Shown piece by piece: positions 26,716 through 35,866 of a stretch of 64,000 nt of DNA. Numbering within the stretch: position 1 is the stretch's first letter; each line of letters starts with the position of its first letter. Origin of the DNA: a virus (Duplodnaviria > Caudoviricetes); IMG/VR virus record IMGVR_UViG_3300030376_001752, positions 4,118 through 68,117 of that record. One strand, 5' to 3'. The notes under the pieces were generated by a model. It had not been told where the DNA came from. It did not search any database and saw only the letters and a list, made by a program, of their open reading frames with translations. The position numbers and the translations under genes are program-made.

Positions 26716-28432
26716 CATCGCAGCTTAAACACTGCTCGTTCATAGCATTATCCGCTATGTCTCCTCTGAGAACTGATTCTGTTCTCATATAATATAAAGT
26801 CTTAATACCTTTTTTCCAAGCATCTAAATGAACTTTATTAATCCATTTAGGTTCTGCTTGTGAAGGAAAAGCTAAATTCAAACTAACAGATTGGTCAATA
26901 TATTGTTGACGTATTCCTGCTTGATTAACTAATTCCAGCTGATTTATTTCTTTAAAGGTTTTATAAACTTCTTTCATAGGTATATCATGCTCACCTACAT
27001 TTATCTTATCTAGCGCTTTTACTCCTTGCACAGATCCTCCATCTGCCAATATCTGATTCCAAACTTTATCATTATTAAGGTTGTGTTTCTTTAATAAGTC
27101 TACTAAAGTTGGATTTTTGCGGATGAAAGTTCCTTTTGCACTTTGGTCTGTAAAGACGTTAGCCGCCCAGGGTTCGATCCCCGGAGATACGTTGCCACTA
27201 AGCTTGCTGTTAGAAACAGTAGGCGCGATAGCCCGTAAATGAGTATTACGCATGCCAGTACCAATGCACCACAAAGGCTCGCCAAAAGCCTCAGCGAGAG
27301 CCATGCTAGCCCTTTCAGACTCAATTTTAATTTGTGAAAATATTCTTCTCGTTTCATATTGTGCTAATAATCCTTCGAATGGTAATCCTTTTTGCTGTAA
27401 ATAAGTATGCCAACCTAAAACACCTAAACCAAGTGCTCTACCTTTTTCAGCAAACCTTACAGAGTTTTCAAAACCTTTTCTGTATTTAGCCTGCTGTATA
27501 AACTCTTCAAGCACACCGTCTAAAAACCATATACTATCGTATATTAAATTAGAGTTTTTCCACTCTTTATATTTAGCTAGATTTAAACTAGATAAACAAC
27601 ATACAAAGCTATGGTTTTCATCTGTGTGTAGAACTATCTCACTACATATGTTAGTCATAAATACTTTTAAAGCATTATCCTTATATGATGGTGGGTTGTT
27701 CTTATTAACATTGCCTTTAAACATTATATATGGTTCACCCGTTGCTTTACGCTTTTGTAATAACTTGCTCCACTTACGTCTTGCAACTTTATCACCAGCC
27801 ATTAGCTTACGCATAAACTTATCACCAATAACTGTACATTGATGCATGTTTAAAGACTGTCTGTTAATATCTCCTTTAGGTTCTCTTATTTCCAACCAGT
27901 CTTCCCAATCTTTATGTTCTATATTTAAGTTAACTGATGCGGCACCTCTACGGACAGCACCTTGATTTGTAGCTAATATAGTTGAGTCATATATTTTACA
28001 AAAAGGTACTACTCCGTCTGAAGTCCCATTATCTGTTATTGGCGCACCTGCAGGTCTGATCTGGTTAATACCAATACCAACACCACCTCCGTGCTTTGCT
28101 AATAACATCATCTCTAAATTTTTAGTTCCAATATCTACTATGCTATCTGCTACATCAATACCGAAACAACTAATAGGTAAACCCCTACTAGTTCCTGTAT
28201 TAGAGAGTACAGGAGACGCTAAGCACAACCAACCTTTCCAGATATAATCAAAAAAAGTATCAGCCATCTCAGGTCTTTTTATACGTTTAGCAACTGTATC
28301 TGCTACACGTCTATAAGCTTCTTTAGGTGTTTCTCCATTAAATAAATATCCACCTTGAATTGTTTTTTTATAAACATCTGCGTCTGCCCATTCTGGGTAG
28401 TCAACGCCTTTTATCCATCTATTGCTCCACAT
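26711..28432 (-). CDS. nrdA: Ribonucleotide reductase class Ia alpha subunit (no ATP cone)
   Basis: 'TNICSEI', 'CCLSSLNL', 'RAIAPT', 'SQSVSLN'-like and C-terminal 'CLSCDG' motifs; 573 aa. Confidence 0.95.
   Translation of the reverse strand: MWSNRWIKGVDYPEWADADVYKKTIQGGYLFNGETPKEAYRRVADTVAKRIKRPEMADTFFDYIWKGWLCLASPVLSNTGTSRGLPISCFGIDVADSIVDIGTKNLEMMLLAKHGGGVGIGINQIRPAGAPITDNGTSDGVVPFCKIYDSTILATNQGAVRRGAASVNLNIEHKDWEDWLEIREPKGDINRQSLNMHQCTVIGDKFMRKLMAGDKVARRKWSKLLQKRKATGEPYIMFKGNVNKNNPPSYKDNALKVFMTNICSEIVLHTDENHSFVCCLSSLNLAKYKEWKNSNLIYDSIWFLDGVLEEFIQQAKYRKGFENSVRFAEKGRALGLGVLGWHTYLQQKGLPFEGLLAQYETRRIFSQIKIESERASMALAEAFGEPLWCIGTGMRNTHLRAIAPTVSNSKLSGNVSPGIEPWAANVFTDQSAKGTFIRKNPTLVDLLKKHNLNNDKVWNQILADGGSVQGVKALDKINVGEHDIPMKEVYKTFKEINQLELVNQAGIRQQYIDQSVSLNLAFPSQAEPKWINKVHLDAWKKGIKTLYYMRTESVLRGDIADNAMNEQCLSCDG
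27103..27357 (-). CDS. Candidate overprinted (+1 frame) membrane protein inside nrdA
   Basis: 84 aa, basic N-terminus then a long hydrophobic stretch; coincides with atypical GC-rich nrdA codons. Confidence 0.3.
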   Translation of the reverse strand: MKREEYFHKLKLSLKGLAWLSLRLLASLCGALVLACVILIYGLSRLLFLTASLVATYLRGSNPGRLTSLQTKVQKELSSAKIQL

Positions 28433-28433
28433 A

Positions 28434-28691
28434 TTATAAAGTTATTAAATGTTTTATCCATGCAACTAAACCATTTAAGTTTAGCGCTACTAAGTTCCAT
28501 TGTTTACGGTGACTAACTTGTATTATAACACATATAAAACCTATTATAAATAACATAGGTTCTAAAGTCCATTGTCCAGCTACTAAAAAACCAGCACCCA
28601 TATATCCAATACGAGTAGCCATTCTTTCTATAGCCGTTAGTCTCCTTCTTCTTTCTACTAAAAGTTTTTTCAATTTATATTTCATTCCCAT
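28434..28691 (-). CDS. Small membrane protein between RNR subunits
   Basis: Two to three hydrophobic segments; 'QWNLVALN'. Confidence 0.65.
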   Translation of the reverse strand: MGMKYKLKKLLVERRRRLTAIERMATRIGYMGAGFLVAGQWTLEPMLFIIGFICVIIQVSHRKQWNLVALNLNGLVAWIKHLITL

Positions 28692-29644
28692 ATGTCTTCA
28701 AAATCCTCTCCTTCGTTGGCTTTTGAATAATCTGTTGGTCTAATAGCGAAAAAGTCTGTATGTGTATGACCACCTGTTAAGTGGTAAAACCAATCTAAGT
28801 TAGAAGCAGAAGCTTCATCATACTTAAATATACCTTTGTAACCTAGTTCAACTAATTTTTCGTTTAATCTTTTCTTTATAAAATTCTTTAAATCTTTTGC
28901 TTTTAGATTTTCAATATCACCCATCTCAAACATCTTATCAATATACTTCATCTCTGCGTCGTGCATTGCACTAGCAGCATCGATAACAGAGTCTTTACAC
29001 TCTGACAATAGGTTCTTATCTTCTTCACACATGTGTCTAAATAGTTGACAACCCATTTTACTATGTAATGATTCGTCTCTTACAGACCACTTCATTTGTT
29101 GTCCTATTCCTTTGAGCATGTTTCGCATTTGAAAGCTATACAATACTGCAAAAGCACTGTATAAAGAAACACCTTCAGCAAACGCGGAGAATACCGCCAA
29201 GCTTTTTGCAATTTCTTTTTTATCATTTCCTTCATATCCTACTAAATTATCAAAACGTTCCATTGTTGCCTCGTCTTGTAAGAAAGCTTCAAAGTCTTCT
29301 AATCCTAACGTTTCGTTTAAATAACTATAAGCTACTGCGTGGATCGTTTCCTGTGATCCAAACATCATAGCCATTTGCTGTATCTCATGTTTTGGAAACC
29401 ATGATACAACTTTCTGCGTCCAATAATCTGACACAGCACACTCAGTCTGAGCAAAACCTAGTAAGATATTTCCTACTAGATTTTTTTCAGCTAAGGTTAA
29501 CTTTTCGTTCCAGTCTTTTACATCACCTGACATAGGTATTTCTGTATGTAACCAAAACGCTTGAGCTTGTTTTAACCAACCCTCAGTATAATACTCAGGG
29601 TACTCAAAAGGTTTATATGCTATTCTTTCGTCAAATAATCCCAT
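28682..29644 (-). CDS. nrdB: Ribonucleotide reductase class Ia beta subunit
   Basis: Di-iron motifs 'QETIHAVAYS', 'EGVSLYSAF', 'RDESLH'. Start moved to MGLFDER at 29644. Confidence 0.95.
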   Translation of the reverse strand: MGLFDERIAYKPFEYPEYYTEGWLKQAQAFWLHTEIPMSGDVKDWNEKLTLAEKNLVGNILLGFAQTECAVSDYWTQKVVSWFPKHEIQQMAMMFGSQETIHAVAYSYLNETLGLEDFEAFLQDEATMERFDNLVGYEGNDKKEIAKSLAVFSAFAEGVSLYSAFAVLYSFQMRNMLKGIGQQMKWSVRDESLHSKMGCQLFRHMCEEDKNLLSECKDSVIDAASAMHDAEMKYIDKMFEMGDIENLKAKDLKNFIKKRLNEKLVELGYKGIFKYDEASASNLDWFYHLTGGHTHTDFFAIRPTDYSKANEGEDFEDIWE

Positions 29645-29648
29645 TTTT

Positions 29649-29789
29649 TTAATAATATGTTGTGTAACAAATATCAAAGCATCCTAAGTATAATACGTAG
29701 TCTATCTTTGAATTTTCTTGATCCTCGTATTGTCTTATACCAAATAAAACTCCTGGTACTAAGCCAATGTTAATTTCCCATGCTTTCAT
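29649..29789 (-). CDS. Small hypothetical protein (46 aa, not in ORF track)
   Basis: MKAWEINIGLVPGVLFGIRQYEDQENSKIDYVLYLGCFDICYTTYY; fills the gap with an ATGA overlap. Confidence 0.6.
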   Translation of the reverse strand: MKAWEINIGLVPGVLFGIRQYEDQENSKIDYVLYLGCFDICYTTYY

Positions 29790-29920
29790 CTTCCTTGTCC
29801 GTTATATAATTTAACATAATTTTTACTTGATTTTAATTTAGACGTTTTTGTTTTTGCGTGAACGCCTGGTCTTTTTTTCCTTGCCGGTTTATATATATTT
29901 ACTATTATCTTTCTAGCCAT
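29786..29920 (-). CDS. Small basic protein (44 aa, not in ORF track)
   Basis: MARKIIVNIYKPARKKRPGVHAKTKTSKLKSSKNYVKLYNGQGR; overlaps both neighbours. Confidence 0.6.
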   Translation of the reverse strand: MARKIIVNIYKPARKKRPGVHAKTKTSKLKSSKNYVKLYNGQGR

Positions 29921-30371
29921 TTCTTTGTTGTTTTAATATTAAATCTACCGTTGTATCACACTCCTTTTGGTTCTGTGGTTTATATAATGTAAAAGGTCCT
30001 AATCTTCTTTCAGCTACTAACTTTTTAAATATCTTCCAACGTAGTGGAAAAGATTCGTTAGCTCTACCTTTACACTCTATAATCCAACCTTTACCTATAA
30101 AGTCTGGAGTATATTTCATATTCAATATCTTTTTGTTACCTCTATTCTTATATTCTCCTTTTCCATTAGCACATCTTTCATAACATTCAAATGGAAAGTC
30201 AAATGATTCTATAAGTTCAAAGGTTTGGCCTTCGTATAAAGCGTGTATCTTTGCTTTCTTTAAAGCTTGATACATATATTTTTCTAAACCAGAAGCGAAA
30301 GTTATCCCGTCAAAAGCAATCTTTTTACTTCTAACAGGACCTTTCTTTTTTCTTCTATAATTCTTCTTCAT
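29913..30371 (-). CDS. PD-(D/E)XK endonuclease, T7 endonuclease I / resolvase-like
   Basis: 'FASGLE...YTPDF...IIECKG' motifs. Confidence 0.8.
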   Translation of the reverse strand: MKKNYRRKKKGPVRSKKIAFDGITFASGLEKYMYQALKKAKIHALYEGQTFELIESFDFPFECYERCANGKGEYKNRGNKKILNMKYTPDFIGKGWIIECKGRANESFPLRWKIFKKLVAERRLGPFTLYKPQNQKECDTTVDLILKQQRNG

Positions 30372-30618
30372 CGTATTGCATTCTTTTTAACATGGATTCT
30401 TCAACCTCATCATTCAAACATCTTTTAGCAGCTTCAATGTATAATAACGCATCCATGATCTCTTCTTGCACATCAGTTAAAAAAGCCATAAGATCTTTAT
30501 CTCCACCTTCTATTTCCTCATGCATCATAGCTCCATATTTGGCTTGGCCAATTAAGCTACGTTCGTCCATCTTCCTTAGTACAGATTGTACTACCTTATC
30601 ATTTGTTTTAATCTTCAT
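30355..30618 (-). CDS. All-alpha NTP pyrophosphohydrolase-like protein
   Basis: 'KYG...LTDVQEEIMDALLY' resembles the MazG-superfamily EE..D motif. Confidence 0.5.
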   Translation of the reverse strand: MKIKTNDKVVQSVLRKMDERSLIGQAKYGAMMHEEIEGGDKDLMAFLTDVQEEIMDALLYIEAAKRCLNDEVEESMLKRMQYDEEEL

Positions 30619-31414
30619 CTTTTACAAATGTCCCGTTAACCATTTTGCCTGTACGTTTTGATATTACGTTGTATGCTTGTGCTATACACGTCTCTATATC
30701 TGTGCCGTGCAAATGTGCTAAGTTTGTTAATACTACAACCATATCACCAATAGCGTCGTTTATTTCGTCATGGTCATTATTTAATAATGCCTTGGCTAAT
30801 TCACCAGCTTCTTCCTGAAGCTTTACATATTGTGTGATTGTATTACCTTTTGCATAAAGACCTCGTTGCTCTGCCCAGTCTCTTATGTTTGAAAACATTT
30901 TTAAAGGTTTTTTAGAAGTTGTTCTTAAGCCCATTGATAAAGCTCCTGTTCTTGGGTATACATCATTGTTATCGTAAAACCTAGCAAACGCTTTGTTATA
31001 TACATAACATCTTTGTTTGTTATACATAGATTCTTTTACGTTGTTCATGATCCAAGTTATTGTTGCTGGTGTTATATTTAGCTCTCCATGCTCGGTATTC
31101 CAGCTCATACCTATATTATCCATCAGTCTTCCTTTCAGTTTGTTAACTGGTACAGGGAATGTTGTGGTTTGTTCAGTTACGTTTATGTTCATCTTTCTTT
31201 TTCTTTTTAGTTTTTTGTATGGTACCATATCTACTCTGTAACCATACTCTCTCTGTAATGTTGTCTCTTTATCTGATATATAATCTATATCATCAGAGCT
31301 TTCCAACACCTCATACTCATCGGCATTGTAACCTTGTTGAACTGTGACCCGGTTATTAAGATCACAGGTAACTCCGATTTTTTTACCTGGTATGTGATAA
31401 ATATAATATGTCAT
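30608..31414 (-). CDS. GIY-YIG-like N-terminus fused to MazG-like NTP pyrophosphohydrolase
   Basis: N-terminal 'YYIYHIPGKKIGVT..L..R'; C-terminal 'KLQEEAGEL...DAIGD...L'. Confidence 0.75.
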   Translation of the reverse strand: MTYYIYHIPGKKIGVTCDLNNRVTVQQGYNADEYEVLESSDDIDYISDKETTLQREYGYRVDMVPYKKLKRKRKMNINVTEQTTTFPVPVNKLKGRLMDNIGMSWNTEHGELNITPATITWIMNNVKESMYNKQRCYVYNKAFARFYDNNDVYPRTGALSMGLRTTSKKPLKMFSNIRDWAEQRGLYAKGNTITQYVKLQEEAGELAKALLNNDHDEINDAIGDMVVVLTNLAHLHGTDIETCIAQAYNVISKRTGKMVNGTFVKDED

Positions 31415-32052
31415 ATCTTATTGTTATATAAATGCATGTTATGTGCATGATGATAATACCAACCGACGTCAATAGACAGTCTGTCTGCAATCATTTTTTG
31501 TAATGATGAAAACTGATACTGATCGTTGCAGAAACCGTACCAGACGTCATTAGAACGCATATAGACAGACATATTTAATCTGTTACTAATTATTGTAAAC
31601 TGTACTGCGTAAGTACAAGGAGTATCAGACTCATATGTACCATGTTCTTTACAATCGTATATACTTATTGCAGCGTGTCTAGTGTTAGGGTTTGACTTTA
31701 GCTTGTTAACTACATAATCTATTTGATGATTACGTTGCCATTGCCAACCATAATTACTTCTTACGTGACCATTTTCATCTGCCATCTTTTCCCATATAGG
31801 AGGTATTTTACCGTATATATCACCTAGCTTTTTAATACTAGGATCACCAGATAAATACCACTGCCATTCAGCTTCAGCGTATTCTAACTTCCAGTTACGC
31901 TCCTTGTTTGTTATATGGTTATCGAGTGGGTTGTCTATATATAAACCCACATTGAATAAAGCTTTAGTATCGTCAAACGGAATACCTTCCATAAGTATTT
32001 CGTCTAACAGTGCTTCATAAGCTTGATTCGCGTTTTCAAATCTTTTTCTCAT
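31411..32052 (-). CDS. Thymidylate-synthase-fold enzyme, dCMP hydroxymethylase-like
   Basis: Catalytic 'TPC'; 'MRSNDVWYGFCND' has Asp at the position equivalent to T4 gp42 Asp179; 'HLY'. Start moved to 32052. Confidence 0.75.
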   Translation of the reverse strand: MRKRFENANQAYEALLDEILMEGIPFDDTKALFNVGLYIDNPLDNHITNKERNWKLEYAEAEWQWYLSGDPSIKKLGDIYGKIPPIWEKMADENGHVRSNYGWQWQRNHQIDYVVNKLKSNPNTRHAAISIYDCKEHGTYESDTPCTYAVQFTIISNRLNMSVYMRSNDVWYGFCNDQYQFSSLQKMIADRLSIDVGWYYHHAHNMHLYNNKI

Positions 32053-32305
32053 ATTTATTATAATAGTATTTATAAAATTCGTACATTTTCTCCCAAACAT
32101 CTGTAGGTCCATAAGCTTCAGGACTTTTAAATGTTTTCTTTCCTAGTTGTATTTCAAGATTCCACATCCTGTTTCTATATCCTGTTTCTACCGGCGTTAT
32201 AAATATATTGTTTTTAAAACACCATAAGTGTGCTTTTGCACATTCAGGATCTGTAGCCCAAGGACATTCGCCCATGTATTTTTTAGCTTTCCCAGGGTAA
32301 GGCAT
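32036..32305 (-). CDS. Hypothetical protein
   Basis: 89-aa ORF overlapping both neighbours. Confidence 0.6.
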   Translation of the reverse strand: MPYPGKAKKYMGECPWATDPECAKAHLWCFKNNIFITPVETGYRNRMWNLEIQLGKKTFKSPEAYGPTDVWEKMYEFYKYYYNKYEKKI

Positions 32306-34016
32306 CTTCTACTATTGTATCTATTATTTGAGGTATAAAACAACCTGACTTTGGCTCCCATTTAAAATGAGCTTCAGCTTGGTTCTCGCCAAGGTTTTGA
32401 AACTTAACTTTTAATACTTTAGCTTTAACTGTTTTAGCCTCGTAATCTCTATGTACTAATATACCGTGATAACTAGCATCGTACCATTCACCACCACCTT
32501 TAATACTGTACATTGTTGGTTCTTCTATTTGACCGTCTTTATCTCTGTACATTTTAGTCGGGTGAGCAACTATAAAAGTTAACACATCATACTTTTTACA
32601 AAACGTTTCTATCTTTGTTAAATACTCCATTGTATAACGGTTTACATCATCTGTACCCGCGTTTACATCTCTTATTTTATTAAATGGATCTATAACTAAA
32701 CATTTAATACCTTTTCTTTTGACTAACTCAGCGCCTTTTTTAAGCACAGCATCTAAAGTATATCTGTCCATATCAATAAAAAAGAAATTGTCGTTTACAT
32801 GATCTGCTACACGATTCCAAGACTCACCACCAATGTCAGAAGGTCTAGGCATATCCTGCCAAACCTTCCTCATCAGCTTGTGAGCATGTAAATATGTAGG
32901 TTGGTTCTCAGGACTAGCAAAAGCTGTTTTCCAGCCATAGTTTTGATTATAACCTACAACCATTTGGTCAACAAAGTCAGACTTACCGCTACTAGGTATG
33001 CCAGTAACAGTAATAAACTGACTCGTGTATGTACTAAATATCTTGTCGAAGTTTTCGAGCCCGACTTGATACCCAGGTTTAAAACCGTTTTTAACAAAGT
33101 CTTTAAGTTCATCTTCTATGTCATATAGTGTACTTACACCTTCTAACGGGACAGGTTTACATGCGTGTATAGCACTTTGTAAAGCGTCTTTGCCGTGTTT
33201 GGTTAAGTATTCGTTTGCGTCTTTGCAGTCAGCAAAATCTACAAGAAAACATACTTCAGCGCCAAGCCTACGTATTAACTCTTGTTTTAAAGCATTACCT
33301 GCTTCATCATTGTCAACTGCTAAAATAACTCTCTCCTTATCTTCAAAATAGTCTATACAATTGTCTAAGTAATCTAGGTTGTTACTATTAAGTGTAGCAC
33401 CATTAGGAACTGATATACTATTAGGTATACCAGCTTCGTGTAATGCCAACACATCCATTTCACCTTCAACAATTATACATGAATCATATCCAACTATACT
33501 ATCGATATTATAAAATATCTTTTCAGCACCTTTATACAGTTTAAAGTTTTTCCTACCGTCACGATATTTAATATTGATAAGCTCTCCACCCATCATATAA
33601 TTAAACTTAATCGTGTTTTCTTCTTTCTGCGTTTGAGGCATCCACTCAGTACCCTCACCGACTTGTAAGTCAATAAGAGTCTGAGCTGATATTCCTCTAT
33701 TTTTAAACCATTTCAAAACTTTCTGCTCTGGATCACCAGTTATATTGTAATCCTCCTGCTTATCAACAGGTTTAACATATATCTTTTCAGAGCTACCTTT
33801 TCTTTGATAGGTATGTAATTGAAATGAGGTGTTACAGTTATGACATGTTCCGAGACCACGTTCCCAATCATAAGAAGCACATTTAAGCTTTTGATTCTTA
33901 GGTTTCCTAGTGTGCGAGCAAAGAGGACATATACCCTGCTTTTTCCCTGTTTCTAAGTTGTGCTGATTGAAATTATCAATCAAGAATCCATTAATCTCTC
34001 TATTTTCTACTGTCAT
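32283..34016 (-). CDS. Primase-helicase (T7 gp4/Twinkle-like)
   Basis: Zn finger CPLC...CHNC; TOPRIM 'VEGEMDVL' and 'DNDEAG'; Walker A 'GIPSSGKS'; 'IDPFN'; 'AHP'. Confidence 0.9.
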   Translation of the reverse strand: MTVENREINGFLIDNFNQHNLETGKKQGICPLCSHTRKPKNQKLKCASYDWERGLGTCHNCNTSFQLHTYQRKGSSEKIYVKPVDKQEDYNITGDPEQKVLKWFKNRGISAQTLIDLQVGEGTEWMPQTQKEENTIKFNYMMGGELINIKYRDGRKNFKLYKGAEKIFYNIDSIVGYDSCIIVEGEMDVLALHEAGIPNSISVPNGATLNSNNLDYLDNCIDYFEDKERVILAVDNDEAGNALKQELIRRLGAEVCFLVDFADCKDANEYLTKHGKDALQSAIHACKPVPLEGVSTLYDIEDELKDFVKNGFKPGYQVGLENFDKIFSTYTSQFITVTGIPSSGKSDFVDQMVVGYNQNYGWKTAFASPENQPTYLHAHKLMRKVWQDMPRPSDIGGESWNRVADHVNDNFFFIDMDRYTLDAVLKKGAELVKRKGIKCLVIDPFNKIRDVNAGTDDVNRYTMEYLTKIETFCKKYDVLTFIVAHPTKMYRDKDGQIEEPTMYSIKGGGEWYDASYHGILVHRDYEAKTVKAKVLKVKFQNLGENQAEAHFKWEPKSGCFIPQIIDTIVEDALPWES

Positions 34017-34026
34017 TAATTAATTA

Positions 34027-34350
34027 TTAAAATGGTAAATCGTCTTCTACTACTGGTGCAGCTTGTGCTTGTGGCATAGCTGGAGCAGCTTGAGCTTCAT
34101 CTCGTGGAGCTACATCTACGTTTGTACCGTTAGTCCATACTACTTTTACATTTCCTAAATAAGTTTTCTCTACTTTAGCATCCCTTTCTTCTTTGGATTG
34201 CTCTACTACAACTGGACCTTGATTACCGAACTGATCTAAATCATCGTTCAAAGTAATTGTAATAGGTAGGTATTTACCTTTCTTACCTACAAAGATTTTA
34301 TCTTTAGGTATATTATTAAGGTTAATACTAGTTTTAATTATACTTGCCAT
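34027..34350 (-). CDS. Single-stranded DNA-binding protein
   Basis: Small beta-rich domain with an acidic C-terminal 'EDDLPF' tail. Confidence 0.75.
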   Translation of the reverse strand: MASIIKTSINLNNIPKDKIFVGKKGKYLPITITLNDDLDQFGNQGPVVVEQSKEERDAKVEKTYLGNVKVVWTNGTNVDVAPRDEAQAAPAMPQAQAAPVVEDDLPF

Positions 34351-34351
34351 A

Positions 34352-34531
34352 TTATGCGTATTGATTTATTTGGTTAAACATTCTTGCTATTTGTTCTTTA
34401 GTAGCATTAGTATTTCTTCTCATGTTATCAACAGCTTTTACGTGATTTTGATTTGCATAAAAATTGTTTACATTAGTTTCTAATCCTGTTACGCTACAAA
34501 TTTTAGTTTGAATTTTTCTTTTTCTTGCCAT
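34352..34531 (-). CDS. Small hypothetical protein (59 aa, not in ORF track)
   Basis: MARKRKIQTKICSVTGLETNVNNFYANQNHVKAVDNMRR...; fills the gap exactly. Confidence 0.65.
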   Translation of the reverse strand: MARKRKIQTKICSVTGLETNVNNFYANQNHVKAVDNMRRNTNATKEQIARMFNQINQYA

Positions 34532-34540
34532 AATATTAAA

Positions 34541-35272
34541 TTAAAGTGTTTTACTTATGAAATACTGTTTAGGGTCAAAACCCTTGGTCTTATAAAACAA
34601 GTCATAAGCTTCGCTTGCTTTACGCACCTTTTCTTCTCCTCTTTCATAAAACTGTGGAGAACAGTCGAACATACCTATTTGGTTTGTGTTCTTGTCTATA
34701 ACTATAAATAAAAATTCATAGCCAAATAGTTTACTATAGATATAAGCTTGACTATCGTAATTAAACTTACTAGCTGACCACTGAAACTTATCAATATCAC
34801 TAGTAGTTTTTAAGTCAATAATTAACTTTTCATCATGGTTAACAATATCTGCTTTACCTTTCCACTGATTACCAAATAATTCTGTAACCATAGGTTTTTC
34901 GTACTCGACATTACCTAGTTTAATAAGGTCTCTACATATATCATTGTCCATAACTTTTTCTCTCATTAATTCTATAGAATCTACTTCATGTTGCAATAGA
35001 CATAGTTCTCCTCCTGAAACATCCTTGTAAGCTTTGGTATTTCTAGTTGATGATTTTACAACTTTGTATTTATCTAGCTTGTTTGGCTCTAAAATACAAG
35101 TATGAAAATAACCTCCAACTAAAAACGCCGGTGATGGCTTACTAGGTTCGAAAGCATTTAATGGATCTTTTAGTAACTTACCAACGTGTGAGTTGGATAA
35201 AAACTTGTTACCAAATTTACCGTAATAGTCTTCGTCGTTACAGAGTCTTTGTAAGATTTTTTCTTTGTTCAT
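34541..35272 (-). CDS. PD-(D/E)XK exonuclease (RecE/DUF3799-like)
   Basis: 'LSNS', 'GGYFH', 'KGKADI', 'IDLKTT', 'YDSQAYIY'. Confidence 0.8.
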   Translation of the reverse strand: MNKEKILQRLCNDEDYYGKFGNKFLSNSHVGKLLKDPLNAFEPSKPSPAFLVGGYFHTCILEPNKLDKYKVVKSSTRNTKAYKDVSGGELCLLQHEVDSIELMREKVMDNDICRDLIKLGNVEYEKPMVTELFGNQWKGKADIVNHDEKLIIDLKTTSDIDKFQWSASKFNYDSQAYIYSKLFGYEFLFIVIDKNTNQIGMFDCSPQFYERGEEKVRKASEAYDLFYKTKGFDPKQYFISKTL

Positions 35273-35795
35273 CTGTCAATTTATATTTAGTTTCTATAGC
35301 ATCAATTTTACCACCTGCTGCTATATACTCAACAGCTTTAGCCATTTGATCTTTTGTTATAGCTGGCTTTGCTGCTTCTTTAATTTTAGACACAGCTTTA
35401 GATTTATGATTATTAGTGCTATCAGCATCAGCTGAATCATCTATCAAAAACAAATTGCCTAGTGCATATTTCTTTCCATATGAAGACGCAGCACCGAACT
35501 GCTGAGCAGTCTGCATACCTTTCTGATCAAGGTCTACACCTACTATAGCTGTTGCGTGTATAGCATTGTCGCCATCTGAAAATGATGCTGTTGATTGTAA
35601 AGTTGGAACAGGGTCATTAGATATTAACTCTTCGTTTATAGTCACAGTGACGCCATGTTCTATTAGAAATGGTTTGACAGCTTCAAGAATATCTTCAGCT
35701 TTACGGAAATAGTATTTTCCAAAGCTGTTATAGCTTGTCTTCTTGGTTTTTAGCTTAGTCTGAACTACTGCTAACTTTTGGTTTAATTCTTTCAT
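35238..35795 (-). CDS. erf: ERF-family single-strand annealing protein
   Basis: 'YNSFGKYYFRKAEDILEAVKP' and 'GAASSYGKKYALGNLFLIDD..DAD'. Confidence 0.85.
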   Translation of the reverse strand: MKELNQKLAVVQTKLKTKKTSYNSFGKYYFRKAEDILEAVKPFLIEHGVTVTINEELISNDPVPTLQSTASFSDGDNAIHATAIVGVDLDQKGMQTAQQFGAASSYGKKYALGNLFLIDDSADADSTNNHKSKAVSKIKEAAKPAITKDQMAKAVEYIAAGGKIDAIETKYKLTDEQRKNLTKTL

Positions 35796-35817
35796 ATTAA
35801 AAGGTTTTTGGTCTATA

Positions 35818-35828
35818 TATATAATTAC
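35818..35828 (-). promoter_or_regulatory. Candidate middle/late promoter motif GTAATTATATA
   Basis: Intergenic, upstream of erf on the minus strand. Confidence 0.5.
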
Positions 35829-35866
35829 ATATAGAATTGTAAAATTAAATTAACTTAACACCTAAC

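Noticed and set aside
26711-32052. Introns or inteins in nrdA, nrdB, the TS-fold gene or the helicase
   Set aside because: Protein lengths and motif spacing are normal; no LAGLIDADG, HNH or intein terminal motifs seen.
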